DNA of 64,000 nucleotides, from positions 19,964,001 through 20,028,000 of the forward strand of contig OX597814.1 of NCBI GenBank assembly GCA_951406725.2, read 5' to 3'. Origin of the DNA: Octopus vulgaris (taxonomy: Eukaryota). Below, in pieces: positions 26,627 through 39,471 of this stretch. Position 1 is the stretch's first letter, and the number at the start of each line of letters is the position of its first letter. A program made the translations under genes and the position numbers. The notes below the pieces were generated by a model. It saw only the letters and a program-made list of their open reading frames with translations, did no database searches and was not told the DNA's origin.

Positions 26627-27344
26627 GGATCTTTACTTTTTGACCTACAGATTTTAAAAATAATTGTTTGTAACTAAACACTTTCAAACTTCGGACACTG
26701 CTAGAATGTGTCATATGAAACATCTTAGCATTTTTGAGAAAAACTTATATTTAAGAAGTTTATTTCGCGTTAAAGTTGTCCTATTTCGGTAATTTCAACC
26801 AATCAATGATGTGTATTCAGCTGAGTAAAATTACTGATGTTGTTTGCCAACAACTATCGGCGGCGTATTTTTCGTTTGTCACTGTTATTTATGACATCGT
26901 TCGTGCGTTTGTACTGGTTTTAGATTTAAGATTTTAGGGTTAGGGTTAGGGTTTTAGGGTTAGGGTTAGGGCGTTAGGGTTTTAGGGTTAGAGTTTTAGG
27001 GTTAGGGTTAGGGCTTTAGGGTTAGGGTGTTAGGGTTAGGGTGTTAAGGTCAGGGTGTTGGGGTTAGGGTTTTAGGGTTAGGGTTAGGGTTTTAGGGTTA
27101 GGGTTTTAGGGTTAGGGTTGTAGGGTTAGGGTTTTAGGGTTAGGGCTAGGATTTTAAGGTTAGGGTTGTCATAAATAACTGTGACAAACGAAAAATACAC
27201 CGCCGGAAGATTTTGTTGACAAACAACAGCAGTAATTTTATTCAGCTGACTATACGTCATTGATTGGTTGAAATTACCGAAATACGAGAAATTTAAGGTG
27301 AAGTATCTTCGTTAATATAAGATGTTCTCAAAAATGCTAAGATG
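26627..27344. mobile_element. Foldback element with a central telomere-type repeat, right arm truncated
   Basis: Left arm 26627-26896 and reverse-complement right arm 27167-27344; (TTAGGG/TTTTAGGG)n at 26932-27166. Confidence 0.9.
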
Positions 27345-27432
27345 GTGGTGGAGTAAAAGAATATACATATATATATGGATTGATAAACAAACAGGGTGAC
27401 TATGAATTCTTTTCTTTTATTTGCATATTCAC

Positions 27433-27492
<60 letters not shown>

Positions 27493-27804
27493 AGAACAAT
27501 CTTACTTAGAAAGGGATGCGTGCGTTCCGTCATATGATATATTAATAAATAAAACATATGCATATATATATACATATATGTACGTACCTACCTCTACATG
27601 TATATATACACGCATATATGAGTACAGGACACCAAAAAAACGTCGAACACAATGAGAAACGAAAACATAGACACAAACCCAAGGAACTGGACATTTTTCT
27701 TTGTCATTACTGTCCTGTTTTTGTTACCATTTTTACCCCTCTGCAAAAAGATCTCAAATTTTATTTGATTTGCTTTTCGCAGGAAGGAAAGTTTCTATCG
27801 AAGA

Positions 27805-27864
27805 TACGTCTCGCTTTCACCTTCGAAACGTAGAGTAGATGAAACCATGGCGACTGAAGAAGGG
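27805..27864 (+). ncRNA. Candidate non-circularly permuted hammerhead ribozyme
   Basis: TAC-GTC-TCGCT / CCTT-C-GAAAC-GTA / GGCGA-CTGAAGA-AGGG: all three core segments and all three stems are present, but in reversed segment order. Confidence 0.5.
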
Positions 27865-28067
27865 TTTTTTTCCTTGTGTTATTTGTCCTGTACTCTATTT
27901 TTTTTGTTGTTTAAGAAAAATGTCCAGTTCTTTGGGTTTGTGTCTATGTTTTCGTTTCTCATTGTGTTCGACGTTTTTTGGTGTCCTGTGCTCATATATG
28001 CGTGTATATATACATGTAGAGGTAGGTACGTACATATATGTATATATATATGCATATGTTTTATTTA

Positions 28068-28105
<38 letters not shown>

Positions 28106-28108
<3 letters not shown>

Positions 28109-28501
28109 TTATATATAAAAGTAAGGTTGTGTGTCTGTCTCCTACGATTTAGATTCCTAACTACTCCCACATTTTGCAGTGCAGTTTAACCAAAACCGGG
28201 TATCTTATAGTCGGGATTCATATCGAACCCTTCTGGATATTAGCGCGCGTCTACGATGAGTCTACGATTTTAAAAATAATTTACCATTATTTTTTTCCAT
28301 TTTAATTTATTTTTTCGCTATTATATAAAGGAAATAACTTTCTAAAAATGTCTACGATGAGTCAACGATTTAAAAAAAATTTACCATCATTTTTTTCCAT
28401 TTTTAATGCATTTTTTTTGCTATTTTTTGGCTATAACTCTCTAAAAATGCTTTATAGTTATTTCCCTTACAAACCCGAGCAACGCCGGGCGATACTGCTA
28501 G
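28106..28501 (+). mobile_element. Non-autonomous Helitron
   Basis: 5' TC, 3' hairpin CCCGAGCAACGCCGGG (28474-28489) and terminal CTAG; inserted between A and T with no TSD. Confidence 0.85.
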
Positions 28502-28869
28502 TATATATATATATAAGTGTGAATATGCAAATAAAAGAAAAGAATTCATAGCCACCCTGTTTGTTTATCTATCCATCTGTCTTTCAAACTATCCATATAT
28601 CTATCCCTTTATGTATCCACCGTCTCCATCACTGTTTCCATCACTCTTACTCTAAACTCAAACTTCGATCAACTCTCAATTCACTCGACTCTATTTCTGC
28701 TTCACTTATACTCCACTCCCACTCCATTTTATGCTCCACTCCATATTCCACTTGACATTGAAACTTGTGACACTTCTATTGTTGTCTGAGTGGTTATCTT
28801 TTATCTTCGACCCCACGATGTATTTATTTGTTTATTTTATTACCTTCATTGTCGTTATTGTGTCCGTAG

Positions 28870-29135
28870 TTTGATGTTGTTGATGATGTTGTTGTTGTTG
28901 TTGTTGTTGTTGTTAGTGGTGGTGGTATTGGTGGTGGTGTTGTCTAGGCTGCTGTTGCTGCTGTTAGTTCATATGATGATGATGATGATGAATATGGTGA
29001 TGACGAACATGATGTTAGTTATGGTTTGTGATGATGTTGACTATGATGATGGCAGTGTGGTAATAATGATGATGGTGGTTGTGATGAAGATAATGATGAT
29101 GGTGGGAGTGATGGTGGTGGTAGTGCTGGTGGTGG

Positions 29136-29169
<34 letters not shown>

Positions 29170-29675
29170 AGTGATGGTGATGGTGATGATCGTGAGGATG
29201 AAGATGATGATGATGGTGATGATGGTGGTGGTGGTGATAATGAAGATGATGATGATATGATGGTGGTGGTGATGAAGATAATGATGATGGTTGTGGTAGT
29301 GCTGGTGGTAGTGCTGGTGGTGGTGATGATGATGATGATGATGATGATGAAAGTGATGGTGATGGTGGTGATGATGATATGATGGTGGTGGTGGTGGTGG
29401 TGATGATGATGATGAAAGTGATGGTGATGGTGATGATGGTGAAAGTGATGGTGGTGGTGGTGGTGACGATGATGATGAAAGTGATGATGGTGGTGGTGAT
29501 GGTGGTGGTGATGGTGGTGGTGGTGGTGATAATGAAGTTGATGATGATATGATGATGATATGATGGTGGTGGTGGTGGTGGTGGTGGTGGTCGGGTGGTG
29601 GCTTCGATTGTGGTAATAACGACGTCTAGAATGATGATGTTGATGATACTAATGATGACAATGATGATGATGATT
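28870..29675. repeat. (TGA)/(TGG)/(TGT) low-complexity tract
   Basis: Directly visible. Confidence 0.95.
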
Positions 29676-30160
29676 TTTTTCTTTTTTTCACTTTCTTTTT
29701 TGTACTTTTACTGAATCTTATGTAGTTTATTGGATTTTTTTTTTCCCCTTTTCAGTCTTCCATTGTTTCTTATCTCCAGTGAATCCATTGTCCAGGATGC
29801 TTTTCAAGATTCGGTCATTATTTTTCTTATGCTAACACAATTGTTATAGTTGTTGGTGGTGGTAGTGGTGGTGATGGTGGTGATGGTGGTGGTGGTGGTG
29901 GTGGTGGTGGTGGTGGTGGTAAGAGAAGCGGTGCTTTGTCTTATGTCACTGTACGTATATGTATGTGTGCATGTGTATGTGTATGTGTGCACGACGTAAT
30001 GTGCATGCATGGGCTGCATGTTTGCATGTATATAATGCATGTAAATAGTGGTACAGTGTGTATGTTTGAATGAATGCATGTGCATATAGAATACTGTATA
30101 TAGATGCAAAATTTCATATACACACACACATACATATATCTATATATTCATATCTATATA

Positions 30161-30206
<46 letters not shown>

Positions 30207-30291
30207 AATGTATCCACTCACAAATTCATATACACATACACACACACATACATATATGCACACATACACATGTGTGTGTGTGTGTGTGTGT

Positions 30292-30445
30292 ATGGTTATG
30301 TGGTAAGAAGCTTGCTTCTCAATCACATGGATCCGGGTTCAGTCCCACTGCGTGGCACCTTGGGCTGGTGTGTCCTTTACTATAGTCTCGGGCCGACCAA
30401 ATCCTTGTGAGTGGTTTTGGTAGACGAAAACCGAAAGAAGTTCGT

Positions 30446-30518
<73 letters not shown>

Positions 30519-30632
30519 ATGTGTGTGAGTGTGTGCCTTTGTGTCTGTGTTTGTTCCTCCATCATTGCTTCACAATGGTGTGTTTACGTCCCCGTTATCT
30601 AAAGGTTCGGCCAAAGGAACCGATAGAATAAG
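30292..30632 (+). mobile_element. SINE family B, diverged and 3' truncated
   Basis: Similarity to 2120-2400. Confidence 0.8.
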
Positions 30633-30920
30633 TTGTCTGCTATACTGAGTAAACTCAGACATCCACTTATCCATGAGTGTGGGATCATGTCATCATAGGC
30701 TTATTCCATGAGTGTGGTATCATGTCATAGACTTTATTATTGTTGTTGTTGTTGTGGTGGTTGTTGTTGTGGTTGTGGTGGTTATGGTTGTTGTTGTTGT
30801 TGTTATATCTGTGTTTGGTTTGATATTTAAAATTGAAAAAATCGACCGTGTTTGTAAAAAATGTTGGACCTGGGTTTGCATACCCTATGCAGATTTCGTT
30901 CCAGTACTTATGTATATATA

Positions 30921-31138
30921 TTTCTTTATTGCCCACAAGGGGCTAAACACAGAGGGGACAAACAAGGACAGACAAAGGTTACATCGACCCCAGTGCGTAA
31001 CTGGTACTTATTTAATCGACCTCGAAAGGATGAAAGGCAAAGTCGACCTCGGCGGAATTTGAACTCAGAACGTAGCGGCAGACGAAATACAGTTACGCAT
31101 TTCGCCCGGCGTGCTAACGGTTCTGCCAGCTCGCCGCC
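30921..31138 (-). mobile_element. SINE family A
   Basis: Reverse complement of the 1544 element; flanking repeat TACTTATGTATATAT. Confidence 0.85.
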
Positions 31139-31514
31139 TTTTATTATATACTTATATATACTTATGTATATATTCTGTCACTCCAAAAACAATTCAAATA
31201 AAGCTACAAACGTATTTGACAACTGAATTTGCGGCTTCCTCGTCATCAGTTAATTTTGATTCTACTTCAAAAATACGTAGCTAACTAAAGTTACCATACA
31301 TAATGTAAGCAAGCTCAAAAGATCAGACTCACTCCCCAATGCATTCTCTCATTCAGTTTTAAGCCCTTCACCTGTCCTGCGTATCACATGTGATACTCAA
31401 AATACATTTCCCTGGCTTCATGCATCAAAAATAATACACATCCCCAATTCTTTTCAACCACAAGAGTAATTTAGAACTCATGACAGAAATGCTTTATATT
31501 ACTCAGAACATATA

Positions 31515-31898
31515 TGGAAGCACTCCGTCGGTTACGACGATGAGGGTTCCGGTTGATCCGAATCAACGGAACAGCCTGCTCGTGAAATTAACGTGTTAGT
31601 GGCTGAGCACTCCACAGACACGTGCACCCTTAACGTAGTTCTCGGGGATATTCAGCGTGACACAGAGAGTGACAAGGCCGGCCCCTTGAAATACAGGTAC
31701 AACAGAAACAGGAAGTAAGAGTGAGAGAAAGTTGTGGTGAAAGAGTACAGCAGGGATCACCGCCATCCGCTGCCGGAGCCTCGTGGAGCTTTTAGGTGTT
31801 TTCGCTCAATAAACACTCACAACGCCCGATCTGGGAATCGAAACCGCGATCCTATGACCGCGAGTCCGCTGCCCTAACCACTGGGCCATTGTGCCTCC
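31515..31898 (-). mobile_element. SINE family C, tail type X
   Basis: Reverse complement of 6238-6615; perfect 14-bp TSD ACTCAGAACATATA at 31501-31514 and 31900-31913. Confidence 0.9.
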
Positions 31899-32126
31899 GA
31901 CTCAGAACATATAAAGCAAGTGCTAACCAAAAGTCTGAAAACAAGCATGGTTTAAGATAAATTTATGAAAATGCTTTGGACGGGCAAATGGTTTATTAAT
32001 TTGAATTACAGAATTATCTCCCTTGTCTTCCTTGTCTAGGTTTAATCGTATAAGCTAATGAACTTTACTCTTATTCCCTACGTGTGAAATTTTATTAATC
32101 ATTTTTTTTTTTTTTGCGTTCTGGGT

Positions 32127-32380
32127 GGTGACTGGAAGTGGTTGCACTTCGATTATTATCGCAAACAGCAGTACGTTTCTTCAGCTGAATGCACGTTGAA
32201 ACCTACTGCTGTTTACGATAGTAATCGAAGATCAGCAACTTCCGGGTCATCTATACCATATTTAATTTCTTCAACTGAATACATGTCGTTGATTGGTAAA
32301 AATTACCCAAATACGACAACTTTAACACGAAATAACATCTAAAATACAAAATTTGTCAAAATTGTTGAAAGTAAACCGTA
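32127..32380. mobile_element. Hairpin-bearing MITE fragment related to the foldback element arm (second copy 36090-36400)
   Basis: An internal ~55-bp-arm hairpin (TGAC..GGAAGT..TTCGATTA..CAGCAGTA / TACTGCTG..TAATCGAA..ACTTCC..GTCA) is followed by sequence matching 44845-44920. Confidence 0.75.
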
Positions 32381-32637
32381 TTCAGCGTGAGAAATTACAC
32401 CAGTATACGAAGTCACAAACTGTTTATTTAAAAAGAAATATTGCCCAGCTGAGTTCTGGGAGCGATGTAATCGGCTTATCCTCCTCCCACGAAAATTACT
32501 GGCATTTTGCTCCCCAAAAATTTTTGAAACAATTAATTAAAAATTTTCTTAAACCGGTGCTTTACTCATGTTTGCTCCTGATTCTATGTTTATAAAATCG
32601 TGATTCATCTGTGTGTGTGCGTATGTGTGTGTGTATG

Positions 32638-32670
<33 letters not shown>

Positions 32671-33554
32671 CTCGCGTGTTTATGAACATTGCTTTGTAAT
32701 GTAGTTAGTATAACGTGTTTTGATGTAACGTCGATAGCGTGCTTAGTTGCATGATATTAGGTGCCTTGAGAGTTGTGTGTGTATGTATGCAGATGTATAT
32801 ATAATGTATTTGTGTATGTGTAGGTATGTATGTAGAGAGGAAGGACGGGCGAGAGGGAGGAAAAGGGAGAGGGAAAAGAAGGGAAGGAGGGAGAAGGAAA
32901 GGGAGGTAAGTAGGTAGATAAGTTACTCTGGCGCAAGTCCAGAGATTTCTAGAGGAGTCATTCAGTCGAAATTTTTAACTGAAAAACACACGCAACTAAC
33001 AAAAAATTACGATATACAAGCCGAGTATATCCAACAGTAAGAAATTTCTAGTGAATATTTGAGCCTAATTGAGGAAGCACGGCTTGCTTTAGTTCGACAG
33101 CCTACCATCTTCTGCTGGCGAGGCTATCGTCTGCCTTCTATCATTCATCGCAAATGAAGGCTTCCAACTGGCTTTATGTAAAGACAAGATCGTCTGATCC
33201 AATAGTTCTCAACCAAGGTCCACATGACCCCTAAGAGTCTATATCAGATTTTTTTTCTTTTGTTAAAATTTATGTGCAATAAATTGCTAGTCTTCTACCA
33301 AATATCTGCACATTTTTTAGGCAATTCCTAATATTTAATTCTCTTTTACTCTTTTACTTGTTTCAGTCATTTGACTGTGGCCATGCTGGAGCACCACCTT
33401 TAGTCGAGAAAAATCGACCCCAAGACTTATTGTAAGCCTAGTACTTATTCTATCGGTTCCCTTTTGCCGAACCGCTAAGTTACGGGGACGTAAACACACC
33501 AGCATCGGTTGTCAAGCGACGTTGGGGGACAAACACAGACACACAAACATATAT

Positions 33555-33629
<75 letters not shown>

Positions 33630-33915
33630 TAACAATAAAGGGTGAAATTAATAAATTTGGAATAATTATTAATTACACCAAGTAGATTTCGGCATGTAAA
33701 GGCCTCATTCGAGGAAAATTTAAGTAATACTAAGTAATTAAGGGTTTAGCAACGAATTGCCTCACCACACACCGAATTTAGAAATAGCAGTCAAAGAGTT
33801 ATAGCTATTCTTTCTACTAAAAGGAGATCTCAGTAAAAACACAGCACTTGAAAGGCAAACACAGACAGGTAAGAGAGAATGAAATGACGGCAATCTATCA
33901 TACAATTTTAAGTCA

Positions 33916-34006
33916 CCTACGGACGTACGTTTCGAAATCAAGTTTTAGGAAAGCATAAGAATTAGATAATTCTACCTTACCCAACTTCTTTTCTCATCAG
34001 CGTAGG
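33916..34006 (-). ncRNA. Type I hammerhead ribozyme (mirror copy)
   Basis: Exact reverse complement of 34528-34618. Confidence 0.85.
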
Positions 34007-34527
34007 ATACTACAATTATGAATAATTGTATATTAAATTTTGAGATACTAGAAGGCATCATCTCAACTCAGTGTCAGAGCGAGCTAAAGCATGACCAGTA
34101 CCACGAAATTCAAAGTGTGAATGAAAGTTTGTGTCACCAGCCCCTTTCCCCACCCGCGTGTAGCCAAGACAAGATGCTGTGGTCATTTACTGGGATAAAA
34201 TATGGTTATCAGTAACAATAAAGGGTGAAATTAATTAATTTGGAATAATTATTAATTATTAATAAATCTACTTGGTGTAATTAATAATTATTCCAAATTA
34301 ATTAATTTCACCCTTTATTGTTACTGATAACCATATTTTATCCCAGTAAATGACCACAGCATCTTGTCTTGGCTACACGCGGGTGGAAAGGGGCTGGTGA
34401 CACAAACTTTCATTCACACTTTGAATTTCGTGGTACTGGTAATGCTTTAGCTCGCTCTGACACTGAGTTGAGATAATGCCTTCTAGTATCTCAAAATTTA
34501 ATATACAATTATTCATAATTGTAGTAT

Positions 34528-34618
34528 CCTACGCTGATGAGAAAAGAAGTTGGGTAAGGTAGAATTATCTAATTCTTATGCTTTCCTAAAACTTGATTTC
34601 GAAACGTACGTCCGTAGG
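34528..34618 (+). ncRNA. Type I hammerhead ribozyme with long stem II
   Basis: CCTACG-CTGATGA-GAAA[..AAGTT..AGAATTA TC TAATTCT..AACTT..]TTTC-GAAAC-GTAC-GTC-CGTAGG. Stem I is a perfect 6 bp, stem III is the palindrome ACGTACGT, and the GUC site ends at 34612. Confidence 0.88.
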
Positions 34619-34805
34619 TGACTTAAAATTGTATGATAGATTGCCGTCATTTCATTCTCTCTTACCTGTCTGTGTTTGCCTTTCAAGTGCTGTGTTTTTA
34701 CTGAGATCTCCCTTTTAGTAGAAAGAATAGCTACAACTCTTTGACTGCTATTTCTAAATTCGGTGTGTGGTGAGGCAATTCGTTGCTAAACCCTTAATTG
34801 CTTAG

Positions 34806-34907
<102 letters not shown>

Positions 34908-35357
34908 TACGACAGGCTTCTTTCAGTTTTCGTCTACCAAATCCACTCACAAGGCTTTGGTTGTCCCGAGGCTATAGTAGAAGACACTTGCCCAAGGTGC
35001 CACGCAGTGGGACTGAACCCGGAATCATGTGGTTGGTAAGCAAGCTACTTACCATACAGCCACTCCTACGCCTCTGAAAATATAATGGGATTTTGCTAAA
35101 CATTGAGTGGCTATAATCGGTCCACCCGATTAAAATAGGAATCGAAGGAATCCGTGAACAAAAAAAATGGTTGAGAATCATTAGTCTGACCCTCTCCCCT
35201 CAGAATTGCTGGCCTTGTGTCTCTCAGTTTCAACCTATGATGTGAAGAAAGGAGCATTATCAAACCCTTGTCATTGATGTTGTAAAATTCGTCGCTATTG
35301 TTATCTTTGTCGTTGTTGTTGCAATTGTTGTTCGTTTAGCCCCCAGATGGAACAGAG

Positions 35358-35600
35358 GTGACCGGTAATAAAGTCACAGGATAAAAAGCCACAGTAATAA
35401 AGTCACAATACTGGCTAGAAAAAAAAGGTCACAGGAAAAGTCACAATTAATTTATGGTGGTCGGTAATGAAGTCACAGGAAAAAAGTCACAATTGATTTA
35501 TGGGATCCGGACAAAACCTCCTCAGACAACCCTCCCACCCGGTTAAAACCCCAGTGACTTTTTCCTTAACTTTTTTACCTGTGACTTTTTATCTGGATTC
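35358..35600. mobile_element. MULE-like MITE
   Basis: Perfect 9-bp TSD GGAACAGAG (35349-35357, 35601-35609); imperfect TIRs built of AAAGTCACA repeats. Confidence 0.65.
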
Positions 35601-36089
35601 GGAACAGAGTTATGATTTTAAAAATGTACTTCTTTCCAGGTGATTCCTCGGTGTACTAAAAATCTCAGCCAAATCTCCCTCAAATTTCACTATACCATCT
35701 TCAAAAAAAGAGAGGTGATCTGGAACTCTTTTATTCAGGTCTTTATTCAGATGCCTGATCTGCAGGTAAACAACAACAACGATCGGAGGCGGCCGCCGTT
35801 ATGCGACGACGAATGCACGGTGCCAAGTGGGCCACTTTTGGTAAGCAGAACTGGTGATGTGGGATTATATGCACAATGGTATTTGTGCATCTTAATTTTA
35901 TATCTCACACATCGTTTCCCTCTTCTTCTTCTCCTTCAATAGCAAATGGGTCCTCCGTATGTTCGACTAGTTGTTCGATCAACCGAACCGCCTATACACT
36001 GACCTTGTCTTTTAAGCAATTAATTGCTCCACGTACACTTAACGTAATCCTGAAGCAGGAATGAGACGATTGGGCGCAGCTGTTTGGAC

Positions 36090-36400
36090 GCTGTTAGTAA
36101 TCGAAGAGTAACAACTTCCGGGTCATCTCTACTAGAATTACTAGGGATGACCCGGAAGTTGTTGCACTTCGATTATTATCACAAACAGCAGTACGTTTCT
36201 TCAGCTGAATGCACGTTGAAACCTACTGCTGTTTGCGATAGTAATCGAAGGGCGGCAACTTCCGGGTCATCTCTACCATATTTAGTTTCTTCAGCTGAAT
36301 ACATGTCGTTGATTGGTAAAAATTACCCAAATACGACAACTTTAACACGAAATAACTCCTAAAATACGAAATTTTGTCAAAAGTGTTCGAAGTAAACCGT
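36090..36400. mobile_element. Hairpin-bearing MITE fragment (paralog of 32127-32380)
   Basis: High similarity to 32127-32380, plus an extra inverted copy of CAACTTCCGGGTCATC. Confidence 0.75.
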
Positions 36401-36599
36401 GTTCAGCATAGTAGGAGGAGGGTGTATCGACTATGTCGACCCCCACTATTTGACTGGTACTATATTTTATCAACTCCCAAAAAGATTAAAAGCAAAGTTG
36501 ACCTTCCCTCGGTAAGATTTGAAGTCAGATCAGAACGTAACGAACCGAAAAAATACTTCTTTTCGATTCTCCAATGATTTTGCGATGACCATGATGGTA

Positions 36600-36602
<3 letters not shown>

Positions 36603-36680
<78 letters not shown>
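36603..36680. repeat. (AGT)n microsatellite
   Basis: Directly visible. Confidence 0.95.
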
Positions 36681-36884
36681 TGGGTGAAGAGGAGGAAGGG
36701 AACGACGAAGATGAGATTGTTGTTTTTGTTGTTGTTGGTGGTGGTGGTGAGGGTAGCGGCGGCGGCAGCGTAACTAACAAAGAAAATATTCAATTACAAA
36801 AACAATCTTAGTTGAAATACTTCAGTTCTTAAAACGTGTTGATTAATGATTAGTCATAAAACAAGCAGTACTATATACATACAA

Positions 36885-37765
36885 TCATACACACACACAT
36901 AGATGCATACACACAATTATGTATGTGTTTCTATATACATATATACTCACACACACACACACAGATACATACATACATACATACATACATACATACATAC
37001 ATACATACACACACAGGCACACAAAGATACATACAATTATGTATGTTTTTCTATATACATATATACTCACACACACACACACACACATATACATACATAC
37101 ATACATACATTCATACATACATGCGTACATACATACACACACATACATACATACACACATTTATACACACATACAAACATACATACATACACACACACAG
37201 GCACACACAGACACATACAATTATGTATGTGTTTCTACATACATATATACTCACACACACACAGATACATACATACATACATACATACATACATACATAC
37301 ATACACACACAGGCACACACAGATACATACAATTATGTATGTGTTTCTATATACATATATATACACACACACATACATACATACATACATACATACATAC
37401 ATACATACATACATTCATACGTACATACGTACATACATACACACACATACATACATACACACACTCATACACACATACAAACATACATACATACACACAC
37501 ACAGGCACACACAGATACATACATACATACATACATACACACACTCATACACACATACAAACATACATACATACATACACACACACAGGCACACACAGAT
37601 ACATACAATTATGTATGTGTTTCTATATACATATATACTCACACACACACAGATACATACATACATACATACATACATACATACATACATACATACATAC
37701 ATACATACATACATACATACATACATACATACATACATACATACATACATGTATGCATATATATA
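36885..37765. repeat. Higher-order minisatellite of (CA)/(ACAT) tracts with a recurring CAATTATGTATGTGTTTCTATATACATATATACTC spacer
   Basis: The spacer recurs near 36914, 37034, 37218, 37330 and 37606. Confidence 0.9.
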
Positions 37766-38064
37766 GTCACATGTTTAATATGTGTATATATATTTGATCT
37801 TCAGTTTCCAACAATATTGAGATGTACTTCTTTTATTGTTATACACGTGGTTTGTTGACATGAATATCTATATGTATGTATCTGTATGTACTTTTGAATG
37901 TATTTATACTCACTTTATATATTTATGTGTGTGTGTATATATATAGATAGTCAGATAGATAGATAGATAGATGCTACATACATACATATATGTATATATA
38001 CATAAATATATGTATATATACATATATATATATACAGTCATAAAAATATATATACATATATATG

Positions 38065-38103
<39 letters not shown>

Positions 38104-38271
38104 AGCGGGACCAGCCATCTGAATGTGGCTAGGGACAGGGCGGGGTGGTGGGGGTGTTACTGATGCATTTAGCCCCAGGCGACTATAGACGTCACCAGGA
38201 GAGCCGACACCATCACGGTGTCCTTGCTAGCCTGTAAAGGGAGATCAGCCTCCCCGAAGAAACGGATGCTA

Positions 38272-38313
38272 CACACGGACCGGTTTCGAGGTATTGCCTC
38301 TCGTCAGCGCATG
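38272..38313 (-). ncRNA. Type I hammerhead ribozyme
   Basis: Reverse complement of CATGCG-CTGACGA-GAGG-CAATA-CCTC-GAAAC-CG-GTC-CGTGTG. Confidence 0.9.
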
Positions 38314-38630
38314 GCAAACACCGTTCTTCGTTGAGGGACTTCCTCTACAGGCTAGAAATATATAGATTTTCACTGTAAACACAGTCACTGGCGTCGAAAA
38401 TCTGTTCGATAACAATAATAAATCTCTAAGCGAGGTATAAACAGTAACTGCTCTGTAATATAAGCGGGACCAGCCATCTGAATGTGGCTAGGGACAGGAC
38501 GGGGTGGTGGGGGTGTTACTGATGCATTTAGCCCCAGGCGACTATAGACGTCACCAGGAGAGCCGACACCATCACGGTGTCCTTGCTAGCCTGTAAAGGG
38601 AGATCAGCCTCCCCGAAGAAACGGATGCTA

Positions 38631-38672
38631 CACACGGACCGGTTTCGAGGTATTGCCTCTCGTCAGCGCATG
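38631..38672 (-). ncRNA. Type I hammerhead ribozyme
   Basis: Same motif, 359 bp from the previous copy. Confidence 0.9.
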
Positions 38673-39076
38673 GCAAACACCGTTCTTCGTTGAGGGACTT
38701 CCTCTACAGGCTAGAAATATATAGATTTTCACTGTAAACACTGTAAACCGGTCCGTGTGTAGCATCCGTTTCTTCGGGGAGGCTGATCTCCCTTTACAGG
38801 CTAGCAAGGACACCGTGATGGTGTCGGCTCTCCTGGTGACGTCTATAGTCGCCTGGGGCTAAATGCATCAGTAACACCCCCACCACCCCGCCCTGTCCCT
38901 AGCCACATTCAGATGGCTGGTCCCGCTTATATTACAGAGCAGTTACTGTTTATACCTCGCTTAGAGATTTATTATTGTTATCGAACAGATTTTCGACGCC
39001 AGTGACTGTGTTTACAGTGAAAATCTATATATTTCTAGCCTGTAGAGGAAGTCTTTCAACGAAGAACGGTGTTTGC

Positions 39077-39118
39077 CATGCGCTGACGAGAGGCAATACC
39101 TCGAAACCGGTCCGTGTG
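39077..39118 (+). ncRNA. Type I hammerhead ribozyme
   Basis: Stem I CATGCG/CGTGTG, core CUGACGA, stem II GAGG/CCTC, GAAA, palindromic stem III ACCGGT; predicted cleavage after C39112. Confidence 0.92.
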
Positions 39119-39429
39119 TAGCATCCGTTTCTTCGGGGAGGCTGATCTCCCTTTACAGGCTAGCAAGGACACCGTGATGGTGTCGGCTCTCCTGGTGACG
39201 TCTATAGTCGCCTGGGGCTAAATGCATCAGTAACACCACCCCGCCCTGTCCCTAGCCACATTCAGATGGCTGATCCCGCTTATATTACAGAGCAGTTACT
39301 GTTTATACCTCGCTTAGAGATTTATTATTGTTATCGAACAGATTTTCGAAGCCAGTGACTGTGTTTACAGTGAAAATCTATATATTTCTAGCCTGTAGAG
39401 GAAGTCCCTCAACGAAGAACGGTGTTTGC

Positions 39430-39471
39430 CATGCGCTGACGAGAGGCAATACCTCGAAACCGGTCCGTGTG
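39430..39471 (+). ncRNA. Type I hammerhead ribozyme
   Basis: Identical motif; cleavage after C39465. Confidence 0.92.

Larger units (their letters stand above)
27374..28577. repeat. Nested inverted repeats: outer arms 27374-27437 / 28514-28577, inner arms 27537-27701 / 27913-28075
   Basis: Both arm pairs are near-perfect reverse complements and abut (TA)n tracts. Confidence 0.85.

Noticed and set aside
26932-27166. True telomere or chromosome-fusion site
   Set aside because: The tract is short, degenerate, in a single orientation and enclosed by the TIRs of a repeated element.
35760-35846. GC-rich patch ending in a GTAAGC donor-like site
   Set aside because: There is no convincing acceptor or recognisable peptide.
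38628-38813. 61-aa ORF in the 359-bp repeat
   Set aside because: It exists only because it crosses the inversion junction and is not a property of the unit.
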